Shown here: positions 11,721 through 22,497 of the stretch, piece after piece
Layout of the letters: every line of letters starts with the position of its first letter
Numbering within the stretch: the first letter of the stretch is position 1
NCBI RefSeq assembly: GCF_004010195.1
Contig: NC_057726.1
Location: forward strand, 57,977,559-58,041,558
Direction: 5' to 3'
From: Chiloscyllium plagiosum
Lineage: Eukaryota
DNA: 64,000 nt
Translations under genes and position numbers: made by a program
Notes under the pieces: generated by a model
Database searches by the model: none
The model's input: only the letters and a program-made list of their open reading frames with translations
What the model was told of the DNA's origin: nothing

Positions 11721-13883
11721 GTTAGAACTCACAATGGCAGTGAAAAGTTTACAAAGTTGCTACTTGTGGCACCATCTTAGGTACAATGACATAGGATCTT
11801 AGTAAAAAGTTAGAAACTAAAGAAAAAAATTAGCATTTCAGTGCTTCATGGCAACTTAAGAACAAGGTACCCAAGTACAAAATCTTAATAATAAATCAGA
11901 AACATTCAGAATGCCTGATTACATTGAGATTTTCTAAGTGCACAGCAATAATCTCTTTAAAGATCAATTCTAAAATGCTTACCATGGCAGATAACTAGCC
12001 TTTGGTTCCTGTTTCTGCCTTCTTCCATTCTTGGAGAGGATAAATTTACTCCTTTTTAGTCTGATGGTAGCTTTCCCAAAACAAACCAATAATTCCCCAA
12101 AACATATGGAACAAAATATTTCCATTCTGTAAATATGTTTCTCAGCCTTCAACATTCCAGCTTGAGGACTGGCTTCTAATTATTTGAAAACTGACTAGTG
12201 ACACAACCAAACATATTCCCCAAATATGATAATTAACAGTTATAATCACAGATTTGACCTGTTCTCACTGTAGCTGCACACTCTGTAATGAACAGTTCAA
12301 TTCCTGATAACCAAAGGCACACTACCACCTTGTCACGAGTAATGCAATATTCTCCATTTAAATAGGTAAGGGGCAACTCCAACAATGTCCAAGAAGCTCA
12401 AAACCATCTGATGAATCAGCAACCCATCCACTGGACTAAAGATTCACATGCGCCACCTTGAGCACAACACAATTACAATGTGTTCTGTCTACAGGATGCA
12501 CTGCAGCACTTCGCAAATCCACAACTTGCACTACCTAAAAGGACACAGTCTACTGATGCATAAGGTAACCATCACCTACAAGCTACCCAGCATCTTGACA
12601 TGGACATGGACTGTCCATTGTTCTTTCAATATTGCCAGGTCAAAACAGTGGGACCCAATATCAGGAGGGGACCAAGAGAGACCAAGGGAGAATAGGGAGC
12701 AATGAAGACAGGTTGAGAGAGATAGGAAGGAGATAAGGCTTGATTGAATGCAAAACTGAATCTGGTCACATGATGAAGAGGTATTCTCATCATACAGCCA
12801 GTCTAGAGGGAGACTTCATCTTCTCAAGGGCAACTTGGGTTGGGAAATAAATGCTGCCATCAGAAGGCTTGTTCACTCCAACTTAATAGAAAAACCTACT
12901 ATGGTTTGAGGAGCAAGAAGGAAGCTGAGTTTTCTGCTCAAGCTTTAGATCTGTTCCATTCTCTTCTCTTATGTTTGCAGCTTTTACCCTGCTTCGATTT
13001 GGGTACTTTTCCCATTTGAATGTTTTTTTTAATTTAACTGGCATCTGCTGTCCAATGTCTGAGAGGAATGACTCACATCGCTGTTGTTGTGGTCAAGCTT
13101 GTTGGCTTGAGATCATTGTTTGCAGTCAATAGGAGGAGAGATCCAAAAGGAGGCACTAACCTGTGAATGAGTATTGTTCTGGAGCAGCATGGGGTTGAGG
13201 AAGGGATTGGAGAAGCCAGGGCTAGAATTCTAACAACTGGAAAGACAAACGGGGAAGACTGGAGACAAGCCAATGCTATCACTATGCCAACAGATACAGC
13301 AGAACATGGGAGTGTTTGGAACTATCAGTGTGGTTCAAAAAAAAGCAAATTTACATCTTTCACATCCTCAGGATGTCTCAAGAAACATAAGAACCAATAT
13401 AAGCACTTGTGAAGTCAAGTCACAACTGTAATGCAGGTAAACGGTTGGTAACAAAGGCAGAGATGACCTGAAGCGAGACAGGAGACTGACAGAAATCTCA
13501 AAGATTGGGTGAAAATGACTTTGACGTAACTTCTCTGGGGCTTTGATTTGGTTTGCTGTACATGTTCTTCACATCAGGCCTCACAATAAATCAGACTAGG
13601 CCCAAGAGCTGGGAGTACATTGAGACTGTGAGGTGATTAGAAGTGAGAAAGAGTGGATGTTTGTGGGACTCGTTACAGCTTTATTTTGGTGACTTGCTGG
13701 ATGCCTGTGAATGAGATAATAAAACATTTGTTTTTAAGAGGAGACAGTGGGCTAGGTCACTGTCCATATGCCAGAACAGTTTGGGCATTATGATTGCATG
13801 ATGGTTCCTGGGATCGGGTTGATCTCTGAGATCTGATTGATCCCTGATGATATCATTTCAGGAATAATTAGTTTCTTGATTTA

Positions 13884-14930
13884 CAGAGATTCATAGAGAT
13901 GTACAGCATGGAATCAGACCCTTCGGTCCAACGAATCCATGCCGACCAGATATCCCAAATCAATCTAGTCCCACCTGCCAGCATCCGGCCCATATCGCTC
14001 CAAACCCTTCCAATTCATATACCCATCCAAATGCCTCTTAAATGTTGCAATTGTACCAGCCTCCACCACATCCTCTGGCAGCTCATTCCATACACGTACC
14101 ACCCTCTGCGTGAAAAAGTTGCCCCATAGGTCACTTTCATATCTTTCCCTTCTCACCCTAAATCTATGCCCTCTTGTTCTGGACTCCCCGACTCCAGGCA
14201 GAAGACTTTGTCTATTTACCCTATCCATGCCCCTCATAATTTTGTAATCCTCTNNNNNNTACTCTGACCAATAAAGGAAAGCATACCAAACACCTTCTTC
14301 ACTATCCTGTCTACCAGTGACTCCACTTTCAAGGAAATATGAACCTGCACTCCAAGGTCTTTTTGTTCAGCAACACTGTCTAGGACCTTACCATTAAGTG
14401 TATAGGTCCTGTTAAGATTTGCTTTTCCAAAATGCAGCACCTCGCATTTATCTGAATTAAACTCCATCTGCCATTCTCAGCCCATTGGCCCATCTGGTCA
14501 AGATCCCATAATATAAGGTCACCCTCTTTGCTGTCCACTACACCTCCAATTTTGGTGTCATCTGCAAATTTACTAACTATACCTCTTATACTCGCATCTA
14601 AATCATTTATGGAAATGACAAAAAGTAGAGGACCCAGCACCGATCCTTGTGGCACTCCACTGGTCACAGGACTCCAGTCTGAAAAACAACCACCACCACC
14701 ATCCTCTGTCTTCTATCTTTGAGCCAGTTCTGTATCCAAATGGTTAGTTCTCCCTGTATTCCATGAGATCTAACCTTGCTAAATCAGTCTCCCATGGGGA
14801 ACCTTGTCAAACGCCTTACTGAAGTCCATATAGATCACATCTACTGCTCTGCCCTCATCAATCCTCGTTGTTACTTCATCAAAAAACACAATCAAGTTTG
14901 TGGGGCATGATTTCCCACGCACAAAGCCAT
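13884..14930 (-). mobile_element. CR1/HER1 LINE 3' part (6-nt N gap at 14254-14259)
   Basis: SGVPQGSVLGPLLF...SKFADDTKIGG RT motifs, RTRGHRFRVR...NFFTQRVVRVWNELP, and 3' tail at the left end. Confidence 0.9.
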
Positions 14931-15722
14931 ATATGGTGCCGTGTGGTAACCAATGAGATAACCATCAGCCCAGACACTCAAATTGCTTCAAAACAAAAAT
15001 GCAGCAGGTCTGACAGCATAATGGGGGTGGATAAAAGTAGCAGATTTAATGATTCTGGACCCAGAGACCCTTCTTCAGAATAGATGTGTCTGCTTATTTA
15101 ATGATTGTATGTCACATTTGAAATAAAAGGTCCATTTGATTCTTCAATTCCACACCTAGTTTCTTGTCTTACATGGGATAGTATTAGTGTTACTTTCTCA
15201 AGCGAAATAGCCCAAAATCAGATCAATTCACAAGTGGCAGATTGCAAAGAGAGTATCCCCAGACTGTGATTCGACCAGCTCACGGGCCTGGGATTACTCG
15301 CAGAGCGAGGTATTCAGTGGACACTATATACACGGGATCATGGAGCCGTCAGCACACACCGGGGATAAGGAGCGAAACAGAACCACAACATCGATCAAGT
15401 ACCCTCGAACCAAATGGAGGTGTGGCTTCCGTTCTACGTTTAAAAAAAACCTCACAAAAGCCTTCTCGAAGTAGCAGTAAACTGAAATCCTAAAACATAA
15501 TAAAGATTTCAAATGTGGTCGAGCTTTGAACAACCAGTAAAAGGTAAAAGTAATGATTCTCTGATGGGAGAGGTTAATATTTTAGTGGGAGGGGGTGTAA
15601 TAAGACCTGCCCATTGCCCCTGTAAGGGATGGATTGATTCCCACTCATGTGAACTTGTTCTCCCCTCTCCACTCTGGCAGCGCCACCCCCTTTCTCCCGA
15701 GTGCACAGGCTCCGGATCTCAC

Positions 15723-15818
15723 CTCACTCCAGCTGATCAGTTCATTGCTCTCGGGGTCCTCCACCAAAGTCCACAACTTGGTGAGGAAGGCGGGCACGTT
15801 AGCGCTATATCCATCCAT
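15723..15818 (-). CDS. HSF4: Heat shock factor 4, first coding exon (start could extend to in-frame ATG at 15884)
   Basis: MDGYSANVPAFLTKLWTLVEDPESNELISWSE followed by donor GAG|gtgaga; the VPAFLTKLWTLVEDP motif is diagnostic of HSF DNA-binding domains; joins exon 2 in frame across a ~13-kb intron. Confidence 0.9.
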
Positions 15819-16939
15819 GAGCCCGGCGCACAGTCCGATGGGCTCCTCATCCCATCCCAACCCAAACCAACTGGCCCACAGCATCAGCAGCTGACCCTGA
15901 GCGGGGCACTAGCTGCACAACATCATCTGACACCGAGCTCCAGGATCACACCATCCAACCCTGACAACGAAGGACAATCGCCAGCTGACACTGACCCGTG
16001 TACACCCCGCAATGACAACAGGAATGCCCCTCTTCCTACACAGTCACCCGGACATTACAATAGCCCCCATTATAAACACTGCAGAGAGTCCACACAGCGC
16101 TGGATCCACACACAAAATACAAGCAAATGCTGCGTTTCAGTTTCACCCAACCAACTGACAGCACAACAGCAAAGGACCTCAAATACTTTAAGTGGTTTCA
16201 CCCAATATTACCGTATTTCTGCTAAATCAAACCGTCCCCAAATTCATGGTTGCAGTAAAAACCCATTTAAGTCTTCCATCTTCAAGCAGGGGAAGCTTGT
16301 TTGTGCAAATTATATTACCAGGCCATCCTATTTTGGTTATCTTAATTAGCCAATTAAACCAGCCAGCTTTTCACAAAATGGAGCCTAGTGAAAGCTGATA
16401 GAATGGCTTTCACCCTAAACACCCCCATGCTGAACTCTTCACAAATGTTCATAAATCTTTAAAATCCAAAATGAGCACAATAAGTTAATCAATCCAGGCT
16501 TGATCTGAGAAAGCTCACTCCAGTGCAGCCAAGAAAGACAGCACCACTCCATTATCAGCATGCCAACTCATACAGGATAGCTCTCTCTCAAACTCTACAG
16601 TCCTGCATTTGGCTAGCGCTACCACTGGTTATTTAACAGAAGAACTGCAAATCAAAACACCAGAAAAATTTCCACCCAATCTTTGAGATTTCTACCAGCC
16701 TCCTGTCCAGCTTCAGGTTAGCATTTCACTCAAATGAGAAAAGGTTAATTTGTTTCTGCCAGGAATATGGGGAAATGGATAGTTATTATTGTGGGTGTCA
16801 GCTGCTCCCTTTGATCCTACTGTTTTCCCGCCATACCTCAATCTTGCCCCTTTTAACATCACCTCCACTTAAATAGAAGATTGAGGCCAACATTCAATAT
16901 TAGTCTGAGGTCTAGGCTTGGACAGCAGTAGCAATAGGG

Positions 16940-17270
16940 AAACTATGGCCTGGTGGTATCATTGCAGTTAATCCAGAGACCCAGGTAATATTTTGGTGAC
17001 CCATGTTCGACTCTTGCCACATATTGTGTTAAATTCAACACAAATCTGGAATGAAGATTTTAAGATGACCATGAATCCATTACTTAGTCAGAAAAATCCA
17101 TCTGGTTGACTAAGGTTCTTTAGGGAAGGAAATCTGCCATCCATACCTGGTCTGGCCCACATGTGACTCCAGGCCCACAACAATGTGGTTGACACTAAAC
17201 TGCCTCCAGGCAATTAGGGATGAACAATAAATGCACACCTAGCCAGCAACGCCCTTGTCCTGTGAATAAT
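16940..17270 (+). mobile_element. tRNA-derived SINE, MetaSINE/SlmI-like, sharing its 3' tail with the LINE at 25800-26490
   Basis: AAAAATCCATCTGGTTGACTAAGGTTCTTTAGGGAAGGAAATCTGCCATCC...TGTGACTCCAGG; tail GGCAATTAGGGATGAACAATAAATGC...GCCAGCAACGCCC matches 26430-26476. Confidence 0.65.
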
Positions 17271-18389
17271 TCTTTTTTTAGAAAAAGCAGCTTCCTTGTC
17301 AAACTGATGGAAAAGAAATTGTGGACTAGATGTGGCCCAATTTTAAAATTTCTATCCATTACCTTGTGAATCAATGACTGAAGTGTTTCTCCAAGCCAGG
17401 TAAGATAACTTTGGGTCTCCTCTTCCTCATGACTAAAATGCCACTACAAGCCCTGTTTAACCAGCACTTCCCCACCACCACATGCAGCTGGAACATACCT
17501 TCAACAGACTGATGTGTTTCTGATTGCTATCTGCTGCTGCTGAATTGCCATCAAGTCAGTTCGTGAATCTGTTCAGAACTCTGCTGGCCATTCAGATTAG
17601 CTGGGCCACCATACTCCTGATGTCCACAGTTTGCTAACTGCCCCACCTCTACCACTGTTGAGCTGACCTCTATTACCAAGGTTCAGAGCAGCAAGATAAT
17701 GGAATGCCTCAGATCAGATCTTAACCCATTCACTTTACACAGAGTTAAGTTGTTTTCCAACTCACAGATTGTCAAGGGAAATATATTCCTTCATTCATTG
17801 TTCCTTCAATCAGTGTTCAAATTCAATGCTCCTTCATTGTCATTGGATCAAAATCCACGAATACTTTGAAAAGATGGGACAGAAATTTGGCTGAGTAACA
17901 GGAATCAGACAGTAGATGTTAATGAATGCTTTGTGGGCTAAGGGAAGGAGTTCTTCAGGGGTCAGTATTGGGACCAGGGTGTATACTTTTTTGAAATGGA
18001 GAGAATTTCCAAGGATTTGCTCAAATTTTGGGGAATGGGTTCGAGAAGGAGGCTGTTAAATTTCTTCTGAATGGGGACCACTTCAGGTGTTGCTTACTGA
18101 ACACTCGTTTTACCTCAACAAATATCAGCAGGGCTAAGCAACACAATGTTGAGGTCATGAATATTATTGCCCGCAAAGGCCTGAACATGAACAGACGCAT
18201 GGTGTGCAGGGTTGTATGACATCATCATGTCCACCTCTCCATCATCCAGCATATATATCCCTGACCCTGGTCACCATAGCAGCCCAAGCGTTTTCTTCCA
18301 TCAGCCGCTCGACTCTGTATTGGTGGAGGTACAGATTCCTGAGTAGTGGCTCCCAGATGACAGCATGGTGAGGGGGAAGCTCTGTTGGG

Positions 18390-19070
18390 ATGCAATCAGG
18401 GCCTCAATATGTATGTGAATAAGTCACAAAAGGTCATAGGACAGGTTGGGAGAGCAGTCAAAGCATCCAGCAGCATAGGCTTTATTAACAGGGGCAGAGT
18501 GTACAAGAACAAGGGAATTATGTTGAGCCCATATATTAATTTGGCCTCAGCTGGTGTATTGTGTCCAGTTTTGGGCACTACACTTTAGGGAGGATACAAA
18601 GGCACCGGAGGCAGTCCAGAAGAATTTTATAAGAACAATTCCAGAAATTAGGAATTTCACTCATGAAAACAGATTGGAGAAGCTGGGACTGTCTTCCTGA
18701 AAAGAAGACCGATAAGAGATCAGGATAAAGTACTCAAAATCACGAGGATATATGGACAGAGTAAATTGGGAGATCTTTCCACTCTAAAGAATTGAGAGCA
18801 AGAGGGAACAGATTTAAAGTTATTGGTAAAAGAAGAAAAAGTGATCGAAGGGGGAACTCTTTTCCACAAGAGGGTGGTCCGGGTCTGGAATGTACTGCCT
18901 GAGCCTGTGATGAAAGCAGGTTCAATTGAGGCTTTCAAAAGGCAATTGGACTATTATCTAAAAGGAGAAAAACATGTGCGGTTACAGGTGGGGGAATGGC
19001 ACTAGGTTAGTTGCTTATTTGAAGAGCTGGTGTAGACACAGTGGGCCAAATTATCCCTTTCCTCAGTGTA
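18390..19070 (+). mobile_element. Degenerate CR1 LINE 3' part
   Basis: GFINRGRVYKNKGIML and LFHKRVVRVWNVLPEPVMKAGSIEAFKRQLD motifs. Confidence 0.75.
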
Positions 19071-19570
19071 AAAAATGAGTGACCCTAAGCTGTCCCACTC
19101 TTTCCAATCAAAGCTCCCCTCTTCTTTAAATACAGGCAGTCCACTTTGGCCAATCTTGTGAATGAATAGCAAAAGCATTTCAAAATATAAAAAGGGTGGA
19201 GAATCCTCAGTTTTAACAGCTACTGCACTCAACATCAGTTCTTTGGATAGTCAGCTCAGCAAAGCAAATTCTTGCCTGCGTTGTCTTCCTGTGTAAAGGT
19301 GGGATCCCCATTGATAAACAGGTGTGTAAGTATAAACTTCACAATTCATCTTACTTAACCCCATTGCAGAATGGTTCATAAATCCAGCAGATACAACTGA
19401 CATGGGCGAATACACCCTCTGTATTAAGAGCTATATTGTATGCAAAAACAAAACATTCAAATATTCTTCCAAATATATTTACTCATTTTATTGATACAAA
19501 GTATATTCATAGATAGAGATATTCCAGCATCTTCAGTGCACACAAAGAAAAGGCTGTCACCATATTGATA

Positions 19571-19636
19571 CAGCAGGTCAGGCAGCATCCAAGGAGCAGG
19601 AGAATCGACATGTCGGGCAAAAGCCCTTCATCAGGA
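19571..19636 (-). mobile_element. Short Penelope-like terminal insertion with 9-bp TSD and mutated hammerhead
   Basis: Flanked by ATATTGATA (19562-19570, 19637-19645); minus strand reads CCUGAUGA-A-GGGC UUUU GCCC-GACA-UGUC (GAAA mutated to GACA). Confidence 0.7.
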
Positions 19637-19989
19637 ATATTGATAGTGCCTTTGTATTAATTCAGTCTTGAGATTAAAACATTAATAACTTAAAACAATC
19701 AAATCCAACAGAACAAAAATGTCCGATTTACACTTAAAGAGGCCCAATCCAAAATCAATGTCGAAATTAAAATAACTTAGCACAGTTCACTGAGAGATAT
19801 TTATATAGTAGGTACAACAAATGTGCTACAAACCAAAATCTAAATGATTGGGAACTAAGGAATAACTATCTCTTCAAGGAAACAACAAATAAAATCTGCA
19901 GGAATTCCGCAGGGCAGACTCCTGGGTCCAACCATTTTAGATGCCTCATCAATACTTCTCCTTCAAATCATAAAAAATATATGCTCAAG

Positions 19990-21055
19990 AGCACATAGTA
20001 TTAGAAATGAGATGTAAGCATCAATAGAGGATTGGCTAACTGACAGGAAAGAGAGTGAGGAAAGTGTATCATTTTGAGGTTGGTTAACTAACTGATGGAG
20101 TGTTGCAAGGATCCATGCATGGGATCTCAACTAGTTGCAATCTCCATTAATTACTTGGATTAAGGGTCAGATTACATTATTGTCGACAAATTTACTGACA
20201 ATTGAAAGATAGATCAGAAAATAAACTGTAAGAAGGATACAAAATGCCTGCAGAGACATGTAGTTAGGTTAAGATAGCAAAACAAAATGGCAGATGGCGT
20301 AAAATGGGAGGTTGTCCACTTTGGCAGGAAGAATGAAAATAAACTGTAAGAAGGATACAAAATGCCTGCAGAGACATGTAGTTAGGTTAAGATAGCAAAA
20401 CAAAATGGCAGATGGCGTAAAATGTGGGAAAATGGGAGGTTGTCCACTTTGGCAGGAAGAATAGAAAAGCAGAATATTATTTAAATGGAGAGAGACTGCA
20501 AAACACTGTGGTACAAAAGGTCTGGGTAGGTATTGATGACATTGGTGTGACGGCTGAGACGGCACCTGGACAGTTTTAGTCTTGATGAAGGATATATGTG
20601 CATTGGAAGAATTTCAGAGACAGATGGCTAGGCTGATTCCTGGCATGAAGGAATTATCTTTGAGACGATTGGGCTTACACTCGTTGGAGTTCGGAAGAAT
20701 GAAGTGATCTTACTTAAACATGTAAGATTCTGAGAGGGTAAATGCTGAATGTTTCCTCTCATAGAATGAGGGGGGTAATTTCAAAACAGGGCAATTGCCA
20801 TTTAAGATTGAGGCAAGGAGAAATTTCTTCTCTCAAAGGGTCATTAGTCTTTCAAATTCCAAAGGGCAGTGGTAGCAGAGCCATTGAATATATTTAATGC
20901 TGAGTTCAACAAATTTTTGATTAATAAGGAATCAATAGTTCAGGGAAATAGGTAGGCAAGTGGAGTTAAAGCCAAATCAGATCAGGCATGATCTTACTGA
21001 ATGATAGAACAGCATGATGTGGTCAAATGGCCTATTCCGGTTTTTATTTCTTATG
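19990..21055 (+). mobile_element. Degenerate CR1 LINE
   Basis: GGAGTGTTGCAAGGATCCATGC (GVPQGS-like), AAATTTACTGACAA (KFADD-like), GAGAAATTTCTTCTCTCAAAGGGT (RNFFSQRV) and CR1 3' UTR. Confidence 0.7.
20217..20462 (+). repeat. Tandem duplication (~118 + ~128 bp)
   Basis: GAAAATAAACTGTAAGAAGGATAC...GGCAGGAAGAAT occurs twice in tandem, identical apart from a 10-nt indel. Confidence 0.9.
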
Positions 21056-21183
21056 ACAAGATCAGAAGGATGTTGCTAATGAATGTACGAGATCAAACTC
21101 CCAGTCTTGTCCCCAGTGCAGCAAGACCTGGACAGCATTCAGGCTTGGACAGAAAACTGGCAAGTAACATTGAAGCCATATAT

Positions 21184-21208
21184 GGTGGGAGTAACTATGA
21201 CTCTTTTA
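21184..21208 (+). rRNA. 25-nt 28S rRNA fragment immediately upstream of the R2 target site (not an rRNA gene)
   Basis: GGTGGGAGTAACTATGACTCTTTTA vs conserved 28S GGCGGGAGTAACTATGACTCTCTTA(AGG): 23/25 identical, both differences C>T. Confidence 0.85.
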
Positions 21209-21354
21209 GACACGTCTGTTTTGGGAATCTTGCCTGGCTAGTTCCTGCTCAGTAGTTTTTACACAATTTTGTCTGCTGTAGCAAATGGCATTCCTCCTCG
21301 AGGTTCCGGCTGGAAAGAGCACTCCTCTCGGCTATTGGATGGCTAAATATGACC
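21184..21354 (+). ncRNA. HDV-like self-cleaving ribozyme of an R2 5' end (decayed)
   Basis: P1 5' GGUGGGA (21184-90) / 3' UCCGGCU (21305-11) with a G-U wobble at the cleavage site; P3 UCC/GGU; L3 UCCUCGA; J1/4 GG; J4/2 GCUAA (catalytic C at 21343); P2 GGCAU / AUGaCC. Confidence 0.75.
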
Positions 21355-22497
21355 TAGAAAAATTGCGAGACGGCTGTTTGGTCTGCATGGATCACAACTC
21401 TTATCCTCCAAGTATCACACACAAAAAAGACTATACAAGATGGAGACAGTTAAAGACTCTCATCAGTCCCGTAGGGATGTGTCTCGGAAGAAAATAACCT
21501 CCCGGCAGGCTTAGTGGTAGTGACCTGTGAAAAGTGCAGATACCACATTAGAAGAGAATCCATCTCCACCCAAACACAGGAGATGGCAGAGAGTCCCAGC
21601 GTATGCATCCCCATTAACTGTGTGAGTCAAGGTCGGGTCAGGCCGATAGGACCTAGAGTGGCCATAGAAGACACAAAGCCTGTCGTAGAAGAGAATATGA
21701 GGGCAGCCCTCCCTATGGATCAGGTTATCGCAACTCAAATCTTCTACAACAGAAGATACAACAAAAGGGCTAACAAGATATATGAGCTATTGGACACAGA
21801 CATCGGAGATGACGACTTATATCGATCCAGTCATAACTGAGCCCTCATTTGACAAAACAAGGAGGTCACGATCCACTATCCTACAGATGGTCTGTTTTGT
21901 GTAATCTGTAACTCCCTCCTTCCAACCATAGGGGCATTTAGACAACATTTAGTCAAGATACATCAGGTCAAGAACATTCTTAAAATGCAAGAGCAAAGAA
22001 TATCACGCTATCGAATGTCACTGCATGAAATGTAATGGCACTGGCCCTTCTAAACTATCAGGAGCCTTCACATGCTCAGGATGCAAGTTAACATTCACAT
22101 CCAACACTGGCCTTGGCCAATACAAATGCAATAAGCATGCAGAATATCACAAGGAGGAGCACCTAGAGTGCCTCAAGACAACAGCCAGACCAGGAAATGG
22201 ACGGAAGAAGAGACAAACCTTGTCCATTAGTTGGAACAGCAGTATGCAGGTTGCACCTTTATCAACAAAAAGATAGCCAGTATCCTAACTACAACACACT
22301 TCAACAGATCTCGGACAAGTGTAGGACACTGCAAAATAACAATGAGGGACCCCAAGCCACAGTGACCAAACCTCCAGAGACCACCCTAACAGAAGACTCT
22401 GAAGACAAATCCTCAGGTGTCCAACAGCAAAAAAAAAAGTCAGACTGCCCACCTGCACTCCTAAACACCAAGATTTGGATGACTAAATTACACAGAA

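Larger units (their letters stand above)
21184..22495 (+). mobile_element. R2 non-LTR retrotransposon 5' fragment (R2-A-like: 3 zinc fingers + Myb), frameshifted, outside rDNA
   Basis: FCVICNSLLPTIGAFRQHLVKIH (~21895-21963), KCKSKEYHAIECHCMKCNG, FTCSGCKLTFTSNTGLGQYKCNKH, then LEQQYAGCTFINKKIASILT / TLQQISDKCRTL (Myb), preceded by the 28S leader and HDV-like ribozyme. Confidence 0.85.

Noticed and set aside
15455-15475. Heat-shock element near HSF4 exon 1 (TTCTCGAA)
   Set aside because: Only two nGAAn units; expected by chance
15513-16349. 278-aa plus-strand ORF
   Set aside because: Antisense to HSF4 exon 1 in GC/CA-rich sequence; no recognisable domain
21184-21208. rDNA locus or rRNA pseudogene
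   Set aside because: Only 25 nt match, with no other rRNA sequence; explained as the R2 transcript leader
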